Positions 1 through 15,000 of a DNA stretch of 64,000 bases are shown here, one piece after another. Each line of letters begins with the position of its first letter. Position 1 is the stretch's first letter. Source of the stretch: Mantamonas sphyraenae STR306 (taxonomy: Eukaryota > Protista > CRuMs). The position numbers and the translations under genes were made by a program. The DNA is taken from NCBI GenBank assembly GCA_026936335.1, contig JAPMXV010000035.1:248001-312000 (forward strand), written 5' to 3'. The notes below the pieces were generated by a model that saw only the letters and a list, made by a program, of their open reading frames with translations, searched no databases and was not told the DNA's origin.

Positions 1-3000
1 AACCACAAGAGCATCCGAGATATCATCATGGACACCATCTTCAAGTTCATGGGCCAGGCACCCGAGGAAATCTGGCGACTTGTACTCTCCGAAGTGCTCA
101 TGCCCCAGGCGCGCGCCCACCAGTACTTCAAGTTGGCATCTGCAAGGGTGATGAAGAAGGTACTCATCGGCCAGCTGTACACATATACGTCGCCTGTCCT
201 GCGTACCGTCACCTTTGACGCGCTCACTGCACTTCTGCAGGCCTTTCTCGAAGACAGCCAACTTCGTGTGGAAAAGATGGTGCGTGGCGTGTTTTCCACA
301 GGGAGCTCGTACACCGTGGCGGAGGAGGGTGTGCAGGAGGTACTCGTGGACCTGATGTCCACGCTGCGCAACGGCAACAACACACGCTTCGACGGCAGCT
401 GGGAAACGGTGATGGCCAAGCTTGGTGACGAGTTGAGCCAAGGTACCCCATACGAAGCTATGATCAAGGACAGCATTGCAGGCGAAATGCGCGTGCCCAT
501 CGAGCTCCTGACCGCCTTGCACAAAATCATTGGCAAGCGCCAAGAGTCGCTCGGCATCGACAACCAGCAGTTTGCAACCCTTGTGCACAAGACCGCCGTA
601 ACCAACTGGCCGCTTTGGTGGGGCGAGGATGACTCTTGGACGGTTGACCTCATGTACGACGTCGTCGCCGAGGTTGACGAAGCCAGCTTTGAAACGACGG
701 TCCATGATCCGTTGGGACTGGAGGCCAATCGCATCATGCAAGATCGCCAAGAAGCCAAGTTGGGCGCCCTCCTACGCAAAAAGGCAGTCACAGTGGTGGC
801 AAAGTCACTCGCCGCCGTGCTCCTCTTCAAGATGGACGAGTGTGTGGTTAGCAAGGACGGACGCGTGACAATCGCCCAAGGGTACACGTACAAGCCATAC
901 GACTACATGTACGACTCCTCGGTGATGGAGCAAGTGGACCCTGCGCACGCACGCGACGTCCTGACCCCCATTGCAGAGTCGGCCATGATGAGCGTGGACG
1001 TGTCGCGGTGCATCTCTACGTCCGCGACGTTCGACTTTGAGTCGTCGCAGTCCATTGTTCAACAAGCATGTGAAATGGCCATTGCCGACATCTTTGAGGT
1101 GATCCTGCCACCGCTCATGCCGCAAGGCCGAAGTGCAGAGGAATCGTTTGTCAAGAACATCCGCGGTATCATCAACACGATGCTGGGCAACGACAACAGC
1201 ATCAACGGCGTTGCCACGACGCTGCGCACACTGACGCGCACACAGGCAACCCATTTCCAGACTGTGATGGAGGACAAGCTCAAGGAGCGCCTTGGTCGAA
1301 TCGTGGAGACAGCTCAGGCCGACTCGGACGTGGCTGTGCAAGCCATGAGCAGGCGTATCTGGACGGCACTGTTGCACCTGTGCTCCACCAAGTTGACCTC
1401 AGATGGCTCGGGGGCACTGCTCAGTGCACGGAAGGCGGCCCCGTCTGCCTCCGCAGGAGCCAGTGCACACCAGGTTGCCAGCGCTCTGGAGATGGCTGTG
1501 CTTGGAACACACAATCATGCAGACGAGGCAAAGGCGTTGGGCGACATGTTGCACCTGGATCTGTCCGCATTGGGAGGGCACGGCGCACATGTGGCTCATG
1601 CTCACGATCAATCTCCGGGAGAGGTGTTTGAAACGCTGTGGATGTGGCTGGAACTGGACAGTGTGCAGAGCAAGGCCAAGAACTTGCCAAAGCTCAAAAA
1701 GATTGACGACGCTACGCGGGCCAAGGTGCTGACCCAGTTGGTGGTGGATATCGGGGCGCACGTGCTGCATGAGATCGACAGCAACTTTCTCTTTACGCTG
1801 ATGGTGTCCACGGTCGCGGACGAGGACTCGTTTGCATTCGGTTCGCGCGATGCCGTTGCCTCCCACATGACCGAGCAAATCATCGGGTTTTTCCAGGACG
1901 CGTGGAAGAGCAAGCATGCAACGAGCACCAAGCTGCGGTCCAAGCTGCGTCCCATGCCCGCTTTGACCGTGAATCCAGGCTCCAGCCCCACGCTGGACGA
2001 AGGGATGTCTTCGGCCATGGGCGCTGCGATTGCAACGACAGGAGACGCAGCAGTGGCAGCTGCCAATGAGGCCGCCGATGCACACATCAACTCGTTTGCC
2101 GAGCTTTTTGCAAGTTCTGTCATCGAGGCGTTCCAGGAGCAGTGGCCAGGGTGTGAACCAGTCATCCGCGAGCACATTGCCAAGCGCATCACACCCAACA
2201 CGGAGCCTACGCCGTTCTCCACCATGGTCGCAGCCATTGTCCACCCGGCCGTTCACAGCACAAACTACATTGTGCGCAACACGGCCACACAGACCCTGGA
2301 CAAGTACTTTGAAGCCATCCGCGAGGCGGTGTTGAAGACACCTGCAGACTGGGGCAAGGTTCTGCACGACTTGACGTCCAGTATCGACTCGCGCGGCCTG
2401 CTGTCCCACTTTGACCTGCAACTCTTCATGTCCAAGAAACTGCCCGAGATCACCAACCGCTGCCAGTACGACGAACATGGACCCACATACACGTATGGCA
2501 TGATGTATGAGTGTGTGACGTGCAACTACACGCTCAGTGACGGGTTGGTGTGCTGCAAGGCTTGCATCGAGACATGCCACATGTACCACGAAATCCGCCC
2601 TGCATACGAGGGCTCGTTTTACTGCGATTGCGGCGAAGAGAAGCACGCAAAGGGTGTGGCGGCCAATAATCCCATTCCCAAGATCATGCACGAGGTGGAC
2701 CGACTGATTAGCGAAAAGCTGATGCAGGAGCTGTTCGGGCGCATCCAGCTGAGTGACAACGGCTCCAAGCTGGAGTTTGTCAAGGCTATGATGGAGAACG
2801 AACGCTCGTTTGTGTCGCACATGGTGGGCATGGTGGATGCGCGTGGCACAGCGCTTGCTTTGACCCAGGTGCTGATGACGCAAGCATTTTCTTGGCACGA
2901 CAACGTGGATGTGCTGAAGAAGCCCAGTGATGACTACTGGGCCAACTACTACACTGTGCCCCAGCTCATCATCCAGTTTGGCAAAGCATTCATGCAGCAC

Positions 3001-6000
3001 TTTTCCAGCCACCTGCGCGACTGGGAACGCCAGGACTTTCGCGAATACTTCAAGGTGGGCTTCGACTGCCTGAACCACCGCGAGGTGGACGATACAATCA
3101 ACATGCTGCTGTCAGACTTTGTGGTCGACTCGGTGATTGGTGAGGTGCAGCGTGCCGTGCGTAGCTCGGATGCAGTACGAGATGCGCCGGAGCGAGCTTG
3201 GCGTGCAATCCGCGACCCGCTTGCGACAACGCCCCTGGGAGGACTCATGGGGTTCATCGATGCGGCCAAGAGCAAATTGGTTGGAGATGATCTGTTCTAC
3301 ACAAGGCTCATGGACTCGATCTTTGATGTCCTGCGCAAGGAGCTGAAGGGCCTGCCGAACGACACGCGCAACAGCGGAGGGGTCGGACAGGGTGTGGGCG
3401 ACGCTATAAGCAAGGGCAAAGAAGCATCGGAGCAGTTGCTGCGCAAGAAGCGCAAGGTGACCGACGTGGTGTCGATTATCTCGCAGCCTCTGGGCGAGGA
3501 CAAGAACAAGGAGATTGCGCGCCGCATCAAAAAGGTGGTGGAGAAGCGACTGGACCAGGTAGACACGATGGGTCTGCTACAGCGGCTTGTGGCTGAGGCC
3601 ACGGGGCAGGTGTTCCCTGCCGACTTGCTGAAGCAAATTGTGGAGCTGCCGATGTTGATGCAGAACAATCCGCACAGCTTTGTCAAACACGTGTCGCACA
3701 TTGTGTTGGAGCTGGTCAACGCAAAGCAAGTGTCGCAAAAGGTGTTGGGTCCCGTGTTGACAGACACGCTGACGTCCAACCATGGCAATGACTTGGTGAA
3801 ACAAGAATTCCAGAAGAAACTGAGCGCGGAATTCGGCAAGCTGCGCGAAACCCTGAGCGATGTGGTGGGTGACTTGATGCCCGGCATTCTGGAAGGAAAT
3901 CTGCACGAGGGCAGGCTTCCGTCCGAAGCCATCAACGACCTGCTGCAGGACATGCGCACACAGTCAAGCGCCACGGCGGGCCTGCGCCTGTTTGATCAGA
4001 GCATGGCCAGTTTGTTGCAACACAACGACGAGGTGACGCAGTGGGTCAAGGCGAGCAATTTGGAGGGTGTGAACGCAGCCGTGCGCCATGAGAAGGAGAA
4101 AGGAAAGGCAAAGAGTTTGGCGGATGCTCTGGTCTCGGACAAAGGTGCCGGGTCTGGCAGCTCGTCGGACGTGAACGCCAGTGAGGCGGGCGTGTCCAGT
4201 GGCACAGAAGCTGTGGTGGCGCGGTTTGGAGGAAGCACGCGCGCAAAGCGTTCGCTGTTCCGCACAACGGCCAAGGCTCTGACTGTGTTTAGCATGGACT
4301 CGGACGAGGAGCTTGAGTCCAGTGAAGACGAGGCCCCGGCAGACATGTGGAGCGAGGAGGGTCAGAAGTGGCAGAAGAAGCGAGCCAAGCGCCATTTCGA
4401 CAGGGCAGGCGTGCGTCTCAAGAACGTGCTGATGTCTTCGTTTGTGGCAGCCGATTTCAGCCGCGAGTTTGGCGGCATTGCTACCAAAATCGACCTGCAG
4501 AAGTTGGTGCAAGAGGACGTGGCGAATCTGCGCCAGTTTTTGGAGAGTGTGGTGCGCAACATGATCCAGGACGTAAACCAGAAAGACTGGGCAAAGTTTG
4601 CGATGGAGAGCGTGCGCTCGATTGCGTCGCGCCAGGCGTTTGGACAGTTTGACATGCTGGTGCGCCTGTTCCACCCGCTCGTGAAGCTGCTGTACGAGAA
4701 CGAGCGCATTGTGCGCACCAACAACTACTGGGCGTCGAAGCACACATACCATGCCAAGTCTGTGTTTGATGCGGTGCTTGCGACAGCAAAGGAAGCTGTA
4801 GACACGACCACGGTCGAGGGTGCAGCTGCCTTGGAAAAGGCGCGCGAGGCTGCATCGATGAGTATGCGCAATGTGCTCAACGATGTGGCTGTGGCACAGA
4901 CGCTGAACAATGCTGTGCAGGCGTACTTTGCGTCGCTGTGTGGTGAAGTGGAAACGATGGCCCCGCTCAAGGAGTTGTTTGAGTTTGTGTACACTGACCA
5001 CATGGATCTGGACGAGTACCACACGTTTGTGGCCGAGAGCAGGCGCATGCTGGCTGAGAAGAACAAGAAACTCAAGCGGGCGCAACAGAACGCTCGTCCA
5101 GGCGATGGGTCGGGCGCGACCGGCGACGCGGGCCAGTCTTCTGCGGGCGTGGGCGCAAGTGAACAAGGTGGCGACGGCCAGAGTGGAGCCGCCGACGGAG
5201 CCGCAAACAAAGAAGTGGAGAAGCTGGAACGGGAAATCGCGCGCATCCAGGCACGTCTGGATGCGATGAAACCGGTGTTTATCGCACACAGCAAGGGTTT
5301 TGTGGACACGGTGGTCACGGGTGCCGAAAACCTGACGTCCATCCGAGAGATGGTGAGCAGTGTGATGGGCAATGTCTCGTCGTCGCCGGTAAACAAGTGG
5401 CAGAACATCGGGCGTGCATTTGCAGCGTCTGTGAACAGCAACGACTTGATGAAGGCTGTGGTGCAGGGTATTTCGTCACACGGAACACTTGTGGAAGGAC
5501 AGTTGGTCGAGTTGGCCAAGCTACTGTACGCGAAACAGGCCAGGCACATGCGCATGGATGTGGGTGCATCCGCGGCGTGCGAGCTGGTGTTGCCAGAGGT
5601 GGATCAGAACAAGCTCGGGGGATTGCACATGGGCAAGAACCAGCGCATGCACGGCCGTGGAGACACCACGGCCCGTGGCAGCGAATCGATCACGAGCAAG
5701 GAGCTCAAGCGAGCCAAGGAGGAGGCGGAGGACGTGCAAGAGATTGTGCGCGAAAAGATGCGTGTCTTGCTGCCGCTGTTTGGACGGGTGAGTCCCAAGT
5801 TCATCGAACGTGACTTTGTGGAGTACGATATCTCGGGCCAGCTTCTGGCCGAGAGCGCTCGTCAGTATGTGTCTGCCGTGATGGAGGCGAGCAGTGCTGC
5901 GCGTTTGCTGAAGGACGTGCTGGTGGAGATGGGCTTCAATGACATCGAGAACACCAGTGAGCTGTTGCGCCTGATGTTCAACTCGATCACGACGGGCTTC

Positions 6001-9000
6001 ATGAAGCACAAGTTTGACAACACGACCGGGTTCAACCCGATGCAGCTTATGTGCTACACGTTGAAGCCGCTGCTGCCTGCTTTTGCACACCGATCGAAGA
6101 AGGTGCTGGAGCTGGGCAGCAAGATGGCGATGTTCCTCAGCTGGGAGGCGCAATCCGAGTTTGTTGGCCACTCTCTGCAGATTCTGGAGCAGACGTTGGA
6201 CGAGTCCAATGGCATGCTTCGCTTTGCAAGCGGCGTCAACTCACGCGTGGCTGCAGTGCGCAGCGACCAGGCACGGATGCCCGACCAGCTGTTTGCGCGC
6301 AAGGTGATTGATGTGATTTCTTCAGAGGCGCTGGTGTCGTTTGAGCAGTACAAGGGTGCCATGTTCTCACTGCTGCGCAAATGGACTGCCCTGTGTGCAA
6401 CGACACTGATGTCGCACGAGCTCGACCTGGTGGAGCTGACGCGCGAGGAGTTGGAGTTTTCGCTGAAGGGGATCCCCACGAAGCTGGAGCAGCTGCAGGA
6501 CGAACAGATCGCGGCACAGAGCAAGGCCGCGTCTGCAGGCAATCGACGCAAGGTGAAGAAAACCCTCAAGGCGGGCTTGAGTGGCGGGATGGCCACGGGT
6601 ACGTACGCAATGGAGGCGGCCGAGGTGGGTTCGGTCAAGCGTGGCGAAAGCGAAGGTCTGTTGCAGCGCAAGAAGGAGATTCGGGTCAAATCGACCAACG
6701 ACTACCTGTCCATGTACCTGGACTGCTTCCTGCCGATTGTCAAGTCGTACGCGGACGAGAGCGTGGATCGCTTGGTGAACTCATCGGACATGGCCGAAAT
6801 GTGCAAGGATATGTTGGAAATGGTGGCCTCGGGAATGAGTCCGCATCTGCGTCGCATGGGCGATGTGCTGGCGGTGTTGAAGCAAGATTTCGCGCGCAAG
6901 CTGATCGACTCGTACCGGAAGGAGATTTTGGAGTGGGTGGATAGCCAAGGCAACCTGCAGGCAATGCTCAACCGGTGGATTGGGGGCTTTGTGGGTGTCA
7001 AGATGCCCAAGGCCGAACCCACGGGATACTACTCGTCGTACGGTGTGTTTGAGTACTCTTCGGACGAAGAGGAAGACGGTGCCGAGGCGGAGGAGGAAGT
7101 ACCAGAGAACGACGACGAAGAAATTTCTGGCAGTAAGCTGTTGTGCTTTGCGTCTGTGGGTGACGAAAAGATGCGAAAACTGTTTGGGAACAGCGCAGAT
7201 TCGCTCGGGGAGTTGAAGGTCATCCAAGCGGCAAGCAAGCGGCGAAAGGGTCACAATGCAGGCGAAGGGGTGGCATTTGACAGCGAGGCTGCGGATGAGG
7301 ACAGTGATGATTCGGAAAAGGCGGCGGCAAGGCGCAAGGCGCGCGGGGGCAAGCACAAGAAGCAAAAGAAGAATGCCAGGCGTCGCCACCGAAAGCAAAA
7401 GCAGCGCGGAGGAAGCAGTGATGAGGACGATGACAGCGACGAAGAAAGCGACGGAGACCGACGCAAGGAGAGGCGCAGGGCAAGGGAGCAGCGAAGGAAG
7501 CAAAGGGCGGAGAAGAAGAGACGCCAAGAAGCGGCCGGAGAAGAGGGACAGGGAACGGAAAGTGAAGAGGAGAGCGACACTGACGAGGATGAAGTGCTGC
7601 CAGAGCTTCCCGAGGCGGTGGAGGAAGAGGGCATGCGAGCGTGGAACCCGCTGACAAGCATTCTGCGAACCATCATTCGTGTGCACAACGCACAGGCTGA
7701 GCAGCAGCTTGACGGGACGCCGGTCAAGTCGATGAGTGACCTATTGACCTTGGAGGAGCAGAAGAAGCTTCTGCATACGCTTGTAGACAAGCTGTGCACA
7801 TATTTCTTGTCGGATGAGGACAACCTGAACCACATCGACAGCTTTTTGTTCAGCAACAGTGTGGACCTGTACCACTACCGCTTTTTGATCGGTCTGCTGG
7901 CGCGCACGGACTGCACAGCTGTAATGACGGACTTTGTGGAAGACCTGGTGGCGATGATGGTGCCGGAGCAAGAGAACGCAGACGGTGGAGACGGCGGCGC
8001 GCCGGCAGCTTCGATGGCAGTGGTGGGTACCGGAGACAACGGTGCCGGGGCGGCACCTGCGGCAGGTTTGCCTGCTCAAGATCGCGGCAAGGCAGACGCT
8101 GATCGCAAGGCCGCGGATGAGGCGCGCAACCTCGTGCGTGTAACGGAGGACATGCGTGTGATCACGCCGAGCTTCTTGGCATCGTGGAGCCGTTTTTACG
8201 GCCAAGTGGAACCCGTTGTGGCGGATCGCATGCGAGAAAGCGACTTTGACTCTGTGTACAGGCGCATGGCGCGTGTACTGCGCACGTTGCGCGGCCTTCG
8301 CTATCCGGTGGCTGGTGGGTCGGGCAAGGAGATCACAGAAGGACGTCAGATCCTTCACTATGCCGTGAGTGCCGCGAGTGAGAACCGAACGGCAGCGCGT
8401 GCGATCCTGGGAACGGTGGTTCAGCAGGCGGCGTCGTGCCTGGTGGCCAGCGCAGACGGGGAACTGCAGGCAATTGGAGAACGGCTGAAGCGACTTCGTC
8501 TGGATTCAGGCTACGAAGATGTGTTGATGCTGGAGTGCATGCAGGTGCTGATGGATTCTGTGCAGGTGGAGGCTGTGGATGCGGCGGAGGTTGCAGCTAC
8601 GGCGTTGGAAGAGGGGGATGTGGTTGTGGACGAAGGCGTCTTTGTTAACCGCAATGGCCAGAGGCGACTGGAGGTGGTGTTGGAAGGATGCAAGCTGCCA
8701 GAAAACACGGCTGAAGAGGTGACGCTGTTGAGCGTGCGTGAAGCGGATCTGCGACGATTGTTGGTTGCGCTTGTACTGCGCGTGATCAAGGTGCAGTGCT
8801 TGCCACAGGTTGCAGTGAACCTGCTGGCCAATGCAAGGCTGCACATGAGCAAGCTGCGCAGCAAGCTGGACCAGGGGACGGCGCTGTCAAGCCGTGCGGC
8901 TCGAGCGCGTTGGTCGAGTCCGTTTGTCAAGGCGGCCATGACCAGTGTCAACTCGGAAATGAGCAAAAAGGCGGTGGAGGCGTGGGGCTTCTTTGCAGAG

Positions 9001-12000
9001 CGGTTTGAGCAACAGGATCAGCGCAAGGTGGTGCAAGCGGCCCTCAAGGTGATTCCGCGTGTGGAACATTTTGCCCTTCGCGTGATCCCTCAGCACATGT
9101 CGGACTATGTGGCGAAGCAGTCGATGCCGCCACATGCCATCAGCGACATGATGCGCAGGCTGCTGGAGGTGTTGCGAGAGACGCCGCTGAAATTCCTTGC
9201 AGAGCAGCTGGAAGGCAAGGCGGAGTTGTTGGATGCCAAGCTGCAGTCGCCGATGCTGCGTGAGGTCATCCAGGAGGGCATTGTGCGTGCGGTGTTGTCC
9301 AACCTGCACAACATCCCCGACGGCCGAGACATCATCAGCTCGGTGCTGAACCTGGTGATCCGCGAGCAGCGCGCCAACCTGGCGGGCGGCGCCAGTAGCG
9401 CAGATTTGAGCACATTGGACACGTTCCTGCAGCCGGAGATCATGGAGAAGGTGTTTTCACGTGTGTACCAATCCTTGGACGCCAGCGACTTGCTGATGGA
9501 GCTGTTGCAACAGATTGCGCAGTTTGTGATCCCGTACGACCTGTTCCAGGAACTGTACGACCTGTTGAAACGTGGGCGCGAAAAGGGCCGAGAACTGGCG
9601 GAAAACGAGCAGGCGCAGGTGTGGTGGAAGCGCTGCTGCAACAGCCGTGAAGATGCGGTTGCAGCAGTGGAGAACGTGAACGGCTCGGACATCAAGGTTC
9701 TGTTGGAGAGCGACGAAATGGCTGCGTTCCTTCGCCTGCTGGCCAAGACGGCGATGAAGACGTTCAGCAAGACGGATCCATCGCAGGTGATGAAGCAGAT
9801 TGTGGAGCAGGTGCGCGACGTTGTCCCTCTGGAACAGTTGCGTTCGGAGATGGCAGCCGAGTTCCGCAAGAGCACAAAGAAAGTGTACGGCACGCTGTAC
9901 GCAGAGCTGCAGACGTACCTACGTGCGGCGCGTGCGTCGCGCGACATGGATGCTCCGCTTGGTACGGGCGACTACCTTTCGCCGGTCATCGAATCGTGCA
10001 AGGGCATGATCAACAAGCTGCTGGGCCAGTACGATCGCACGTTCGGGTCGCAACCTGGACACTGCTCAGGCGTTTGATTTGCTGGACGTGGTGGTTCGCA
10101 AGGTGTTTGAACACATGAACAGGGCAAGCAACAGCCGGGTTGTGCTGATGAATATGTTGGAGGGCGTGGTGGGCACAGCGAACGTGACCGAGAATCTGAC
10201 TGGCGCGATGTCGTCGCTGATGGAACTGATCGACCTTCGAGAGATTGCCAGTGACATGGCTGTGGAGGCGATGCAGATGATGATGAAGAGTGCGGTGCAG
10301 TCGAAGCACTTTGAAGCAGTGATGAGTGTGCTGCCTGCCGATGCGGCCAATGGTGCGCAACTCGCGGTGCAATCGCAGGTGGAGAACGCAAACCTGTCCG
10401 AGGTGAAGGATGTGTTGCTTCTGAACGCTGTGCAGGTGGCCAACGCGCTGCGCAAGCAGGACCCGAGCAGCAAGTCGGTTTTGCCGCGGCTGCATGTGCC
10501 GTCGGAGCTGCAGGAGCGAGCTCGGCTTGGCGAGGCAACGACCAATGCAGATGTGGAGTGGATGATGGCGGCAAAGAAGCACGTGTACACGCAATGGCAG
10601 GCCATGTCCAAGGTGCTCCATGTGGCGGCAGTGATGCGAAAGATGGAGATGGATTACCTGCAGGCAATGCCAAACAACTTGAGCAGCGGCGAGATCCAGG
10701 ACCTGTACAAGCACCTCGTGGATGCGCTCATGGAAGATGTGCTGGACGAAGTTCGATCCCAGCTGCTGGACGAGGGAGTCACGGGCTGGCCCGAAGAAGA
10801 GGAAACCGCAGAGAATGTGCTGCAATTGGGTGGTGCTGACGACGAGTACGTGGAAGAAGTGGCAGTGGAGGGCGATGAGGACGACGACGACGACGACGAA
10901 GCTCATGAAGAGGGCGGGGAGGCCGACATGGAGGAAGAAGAGGGCGACGAGGACGACGAGGCAAATGGAGAGGAGGAGGAGGACGAGGAGGAAGACGAGG
11001 AAACTGGCCCTGCGGGGCCGAGTGGCGGTGATGATGACGGTTTTGCACCTGCGGTGGCGGGCGCAATCGAAGATGCAATCGGGATGCACGAGGTGCTCAG
11101 CGGCGCGGACGAGGAGGAGGCAGAGGAGGAGGACGCAGAAAAGGCGGCCGTGCGACAGCAGGTGATGCTTAGATGCCATTGCGGAAAGCGGCTTGCAGAC
11201 AGGGTGCTGGACATGGCCGAGGGTGACGTGGAGGAAGCGGTGAAGCTGATGCCTCGTGTACCTGTGTGGCGACTTGTGCCGGCTTTGGTCAGCGCTGCGG
11301 AAGGAGCAAAGACGGACAAGCGTATGATGACACGTGTGGCGCAGCAACTGAAGAAGCCTCTGTTTGCCACGATGCGCGGGCCGTGGGCGCTGCCGACAGG
11401 GCTGGTGGATGTGATCGACACGTACTGGATGCTGTACAGCCGCTGCGTGGACACAAACAAGCTGAGTGAGCTGGCGATGAAGTCGGTGATGTTGATGCTT
11501 GGTAGGCGCACAAACGTGAACAACCCGCCGCTGCAGACTGCGTTGAAAGAACACGACTGGGAAGCAGTAAGCCGTGAACTTGCGAAACTCACGGTGTCGC
11601 ACGAGTCGGCCGGCATGTATGTGCAGAAGTTGATGCAAAAGATGTATGGCAATGTGTTTGACATGTCGTTGCTGGTGAAGCAGATCGGTACTGTGCTGAG
11701 TGTGGTGGACGGGCGCGAGGTGTACGTGGAGCACGCGCTTGTGTTTGAGCAGGTGATGTACCTGGCGTCGGTGTTTGTGGAGGAGCGGCTGCCGGTGGTG
11801 ATTACGACACTGCGTGTACACGGTGGCAGTGCATTCAAGGACAAACTGAAGGAGCTGCTTGTGCGTTCGAGCAAGAACGTATCGCCGACGCTCGTGCAGA
11901 AGACGTTGGATCGGCTGATTGAAAGCGTGCAGGTGTCGCTGATGACGGATGTGGTGTCGCCGCTGGAAAAGTTGATGCGCTCAAGCAAGTACGGCACAGC

Positions 12001-15000
12001 GGTGCTCAAACCGTTCCACCAGCTCGTGGAGCAGATCCGCCTGGACTTGGAAGGCGGCCCGCTGCGCTTCCTGGCAGACATTCTGGTGAAGCTGGAAAAC
12101 ACGGTGATGAAGCACTATGTGCCAGCAGCACTGGCTGGGTTGTTGGATGACATTGTGGAGTACCTGATGAAGCCCGAAGCGCGTGAATTCCTGCGTGCAA
12201 AACTCATGCCCGGCGTGTTTCCCGGCGTGCGTGTGCCTGCGTCTCCCATGAACGACATGGACTTTGCAGAGGCGCTGAAGACTGCGCTGCCGGCTAAGGA
12301 GCTGCTGGCACACTTTATCAGCGAGCTGTTTGCACAGCTGTCGTCGCCGCTGCAGTTTGCGGTGCAAACGATGTTGCAGCCTGTGCTCGAGATGATGCGT
12401 GAGAAGTCGAACCGCAACCAGATTGTGCGACGTGTGCAAGACAGCAAGGCGGAGCTGTGCAACGACGTGATTCGTCTGTTGAGCAAGGTGAAGCGTGTGG
12501 TGGGCGAAAAGTACGGCTCGGACGAAGAGTCGCTTCGCGAGGTGTACCCGTACGTGAGGGACCTTATGCGCTACTCGATGCCGTCTGATTTCAATGCGTT
12601 GATGAACCTGCTACCGCTCTCGTTGCTGGAGGAACAGAAGGACTACGTGCCGATGGTGAACGAGTTTGCCACGGATCTGGTGCACACGTTTGTGTCGGGC
12701 CTGTATTCAGTGACTGTGGACCCGGTGTTGAGTGCTGTGGAGCATGGCGATACCGAGGACGTGATGATGCTTGTGTCGGGCCTGATTCGGGACTACAGCG
12801 ACGGCAAGAACCAAGGGGATCTGTTGGGCTCGATGACCAAGGCGATGACGCAGGCCGAACCGAGCGAGGTGTGGAGTGGCCTTGTGGATCGTGTGATGAA
12901 GCCCGTGCTGAGCAAGTACTTGGACCCGCAAATGCTGCAGAATCTGGTGCAGGGTCAGGTGGAGAAATACTACCTCGAGGTGCAGGAGAAGATTGTGGAG
13001 TACTCCAAGGCAAAGGCGGAGGAGGCCAAAGAGAAGGCACGCAAGGAGGCGGAGGGGATCGTGGACGAGTACGGCGGAGGTTCGACGCTCACGCCGCCTG
13101 TGTCGCACTACGGATCGCCCCAGTGGAATCTCACCAATGCGCTGTCGACAATGTCAAAGGAGCTGGCCAGATTGAGCATGAAGCGTCTGGATATTCCGTT
13201 TGATATGCTGAAGCGACGCATGGTGCCTGTGCTTGCCAAGATCATGGCGAATGTGGGCGAGCAATTGATGAAGGACTATTCGTACGGATACGGCCCGTGG
13301 TACGCTGTGTACTACTACATGACGAGCGAACAGAAGCGAGAAGCTGGTCGTATGTTGGCGTTGGCGGTGGCCGAGACGTTGATGACGTGTGGCACAAGCC
13401 AGGTGGTGCGCAAGGAGGCGACGGAAGCGCAGACGGCCAAGGCGCTGAAGACGCCGCGTATCCGTCGCTGGAAGCGCATGGAGTCGCTGGAAACGGATGT
13501 GACATGTGTAGAAGTGCGAGTGGTACTGGACAAGAGCAACAACCGAGCGTATGTGCTGGAAAGGACGGTTGCGACTCCCCTGAAGCCGATTGGCAAGCGG
13601 TTGAAGGAGATTGTGTCTGAGGGGAAGGTGGATCTGTACTATCTGGCAGACTACATGCTGTCTCCGATTGTGTCCAACTCGTACACGCTGCAGTACGACG
13701 AAGAAAAGGGATATGTGTCTCAGCAGGCGACGCCAAGCACGGCGGCTGCGGAGGAGGACGAGGAGGAGGGTGGATCTGATGGGGACGGGGTGCAGACCGA
13801 GGGAGACAACGACGGCCAAGAGTCGATGCGTGACTATGCATCGATGGGCTACGTGTCAGTGGCGTATGCGGAGGACAGCAGCAGCGACGGATACGACGGC
13901 GCTGCCAATGAGGACGACGAGGAGGAAAAGGAGGCCAAGGCCGGCGGCGAAGCGATGAAAGAGGCAAAGGAGGATGGAGAACAGCTGGGCTGGGGAGATG
14001 AGAACCTGGTTCTGGACTCGGAAGGGTCGACGTCGCTGTTCACAAGCGACGATGACTCGGACAGCGACATGGAGGATCTGTTTGGCGATACGGAGCGACT
14101 GGTGGGTATGCCAACGACAATGCCGGTGTCATCATCCGAGGTGGAGGCGGATGACGGGGATGACGGGGATGACGACGGGGTGGGTGCAAGTGCGAGCAGT
14201 GGCGCGGAGGGTGTCGCAGGGGCAACAGGTGTCGAGGGCGAAGCAGAGAAGGAGGAGAAGCCGAGCAAGGAAGAAAAGGCCGCGCAGGCGAAGCTACTCA
14301 AGAGCCTGGCGAGCAAAGCGGTGGCGCCCGTGTTGACCGATGAGTTGCTGAAAAAGTCTATTGGAGAGTGTCTGTCGCAGATGGCGACTCACCTTTGTGG
14401 CATTTCGCAGATGGAGGAAGCACTGAAGCGCTTCACGGCATTCCTGGGCAACCTGGCAGGCCAGGACAAGAGCATCCTGCGAAGCGAGGGCGTGTTCCAA
14501 ACATCCACCGTTGACTTTGTGGACGAGTACATTGAGTTCCGTGAAGGGCAGACATGGGATTCGTCGGAGGAAGCCAAGGCGAGGTATCGCAAGGAGGCGG
14601 AGACGATGATGGCACGGGCGGAGGAAGACAAGAAGATGAGGGAGATCTGGAAGCGCAAGAGCGGAGTGAAGGATGCAGAGTTGGCAGTGGTTCTGCACTA
14701 CGTGAACGAAAGCATCTCGAGGATCTGGTCTCTGATGGGGGTGCAGCCGCAGGAGTACATGACGGTTGTGAACAGCCTGGTGGACGCGGCAAAGCCGTCG
14801 ATTGCCAAGGTAGCAAACGCAGAAACGCTGTGGAACGCGGTGAAGCTGTATGTGGCCCAACCGGATGAGACAGACTACTATTCGTACTACAGCTACATCC
14901 AGACGGACACAGTGAAGCGCATCCGAACGGAGCTGGAGCGGCAGTTCTTTGAAAGGATCCAGCCGATGTTGGAAGAGACGGTGACACGGATTGGCGACGG

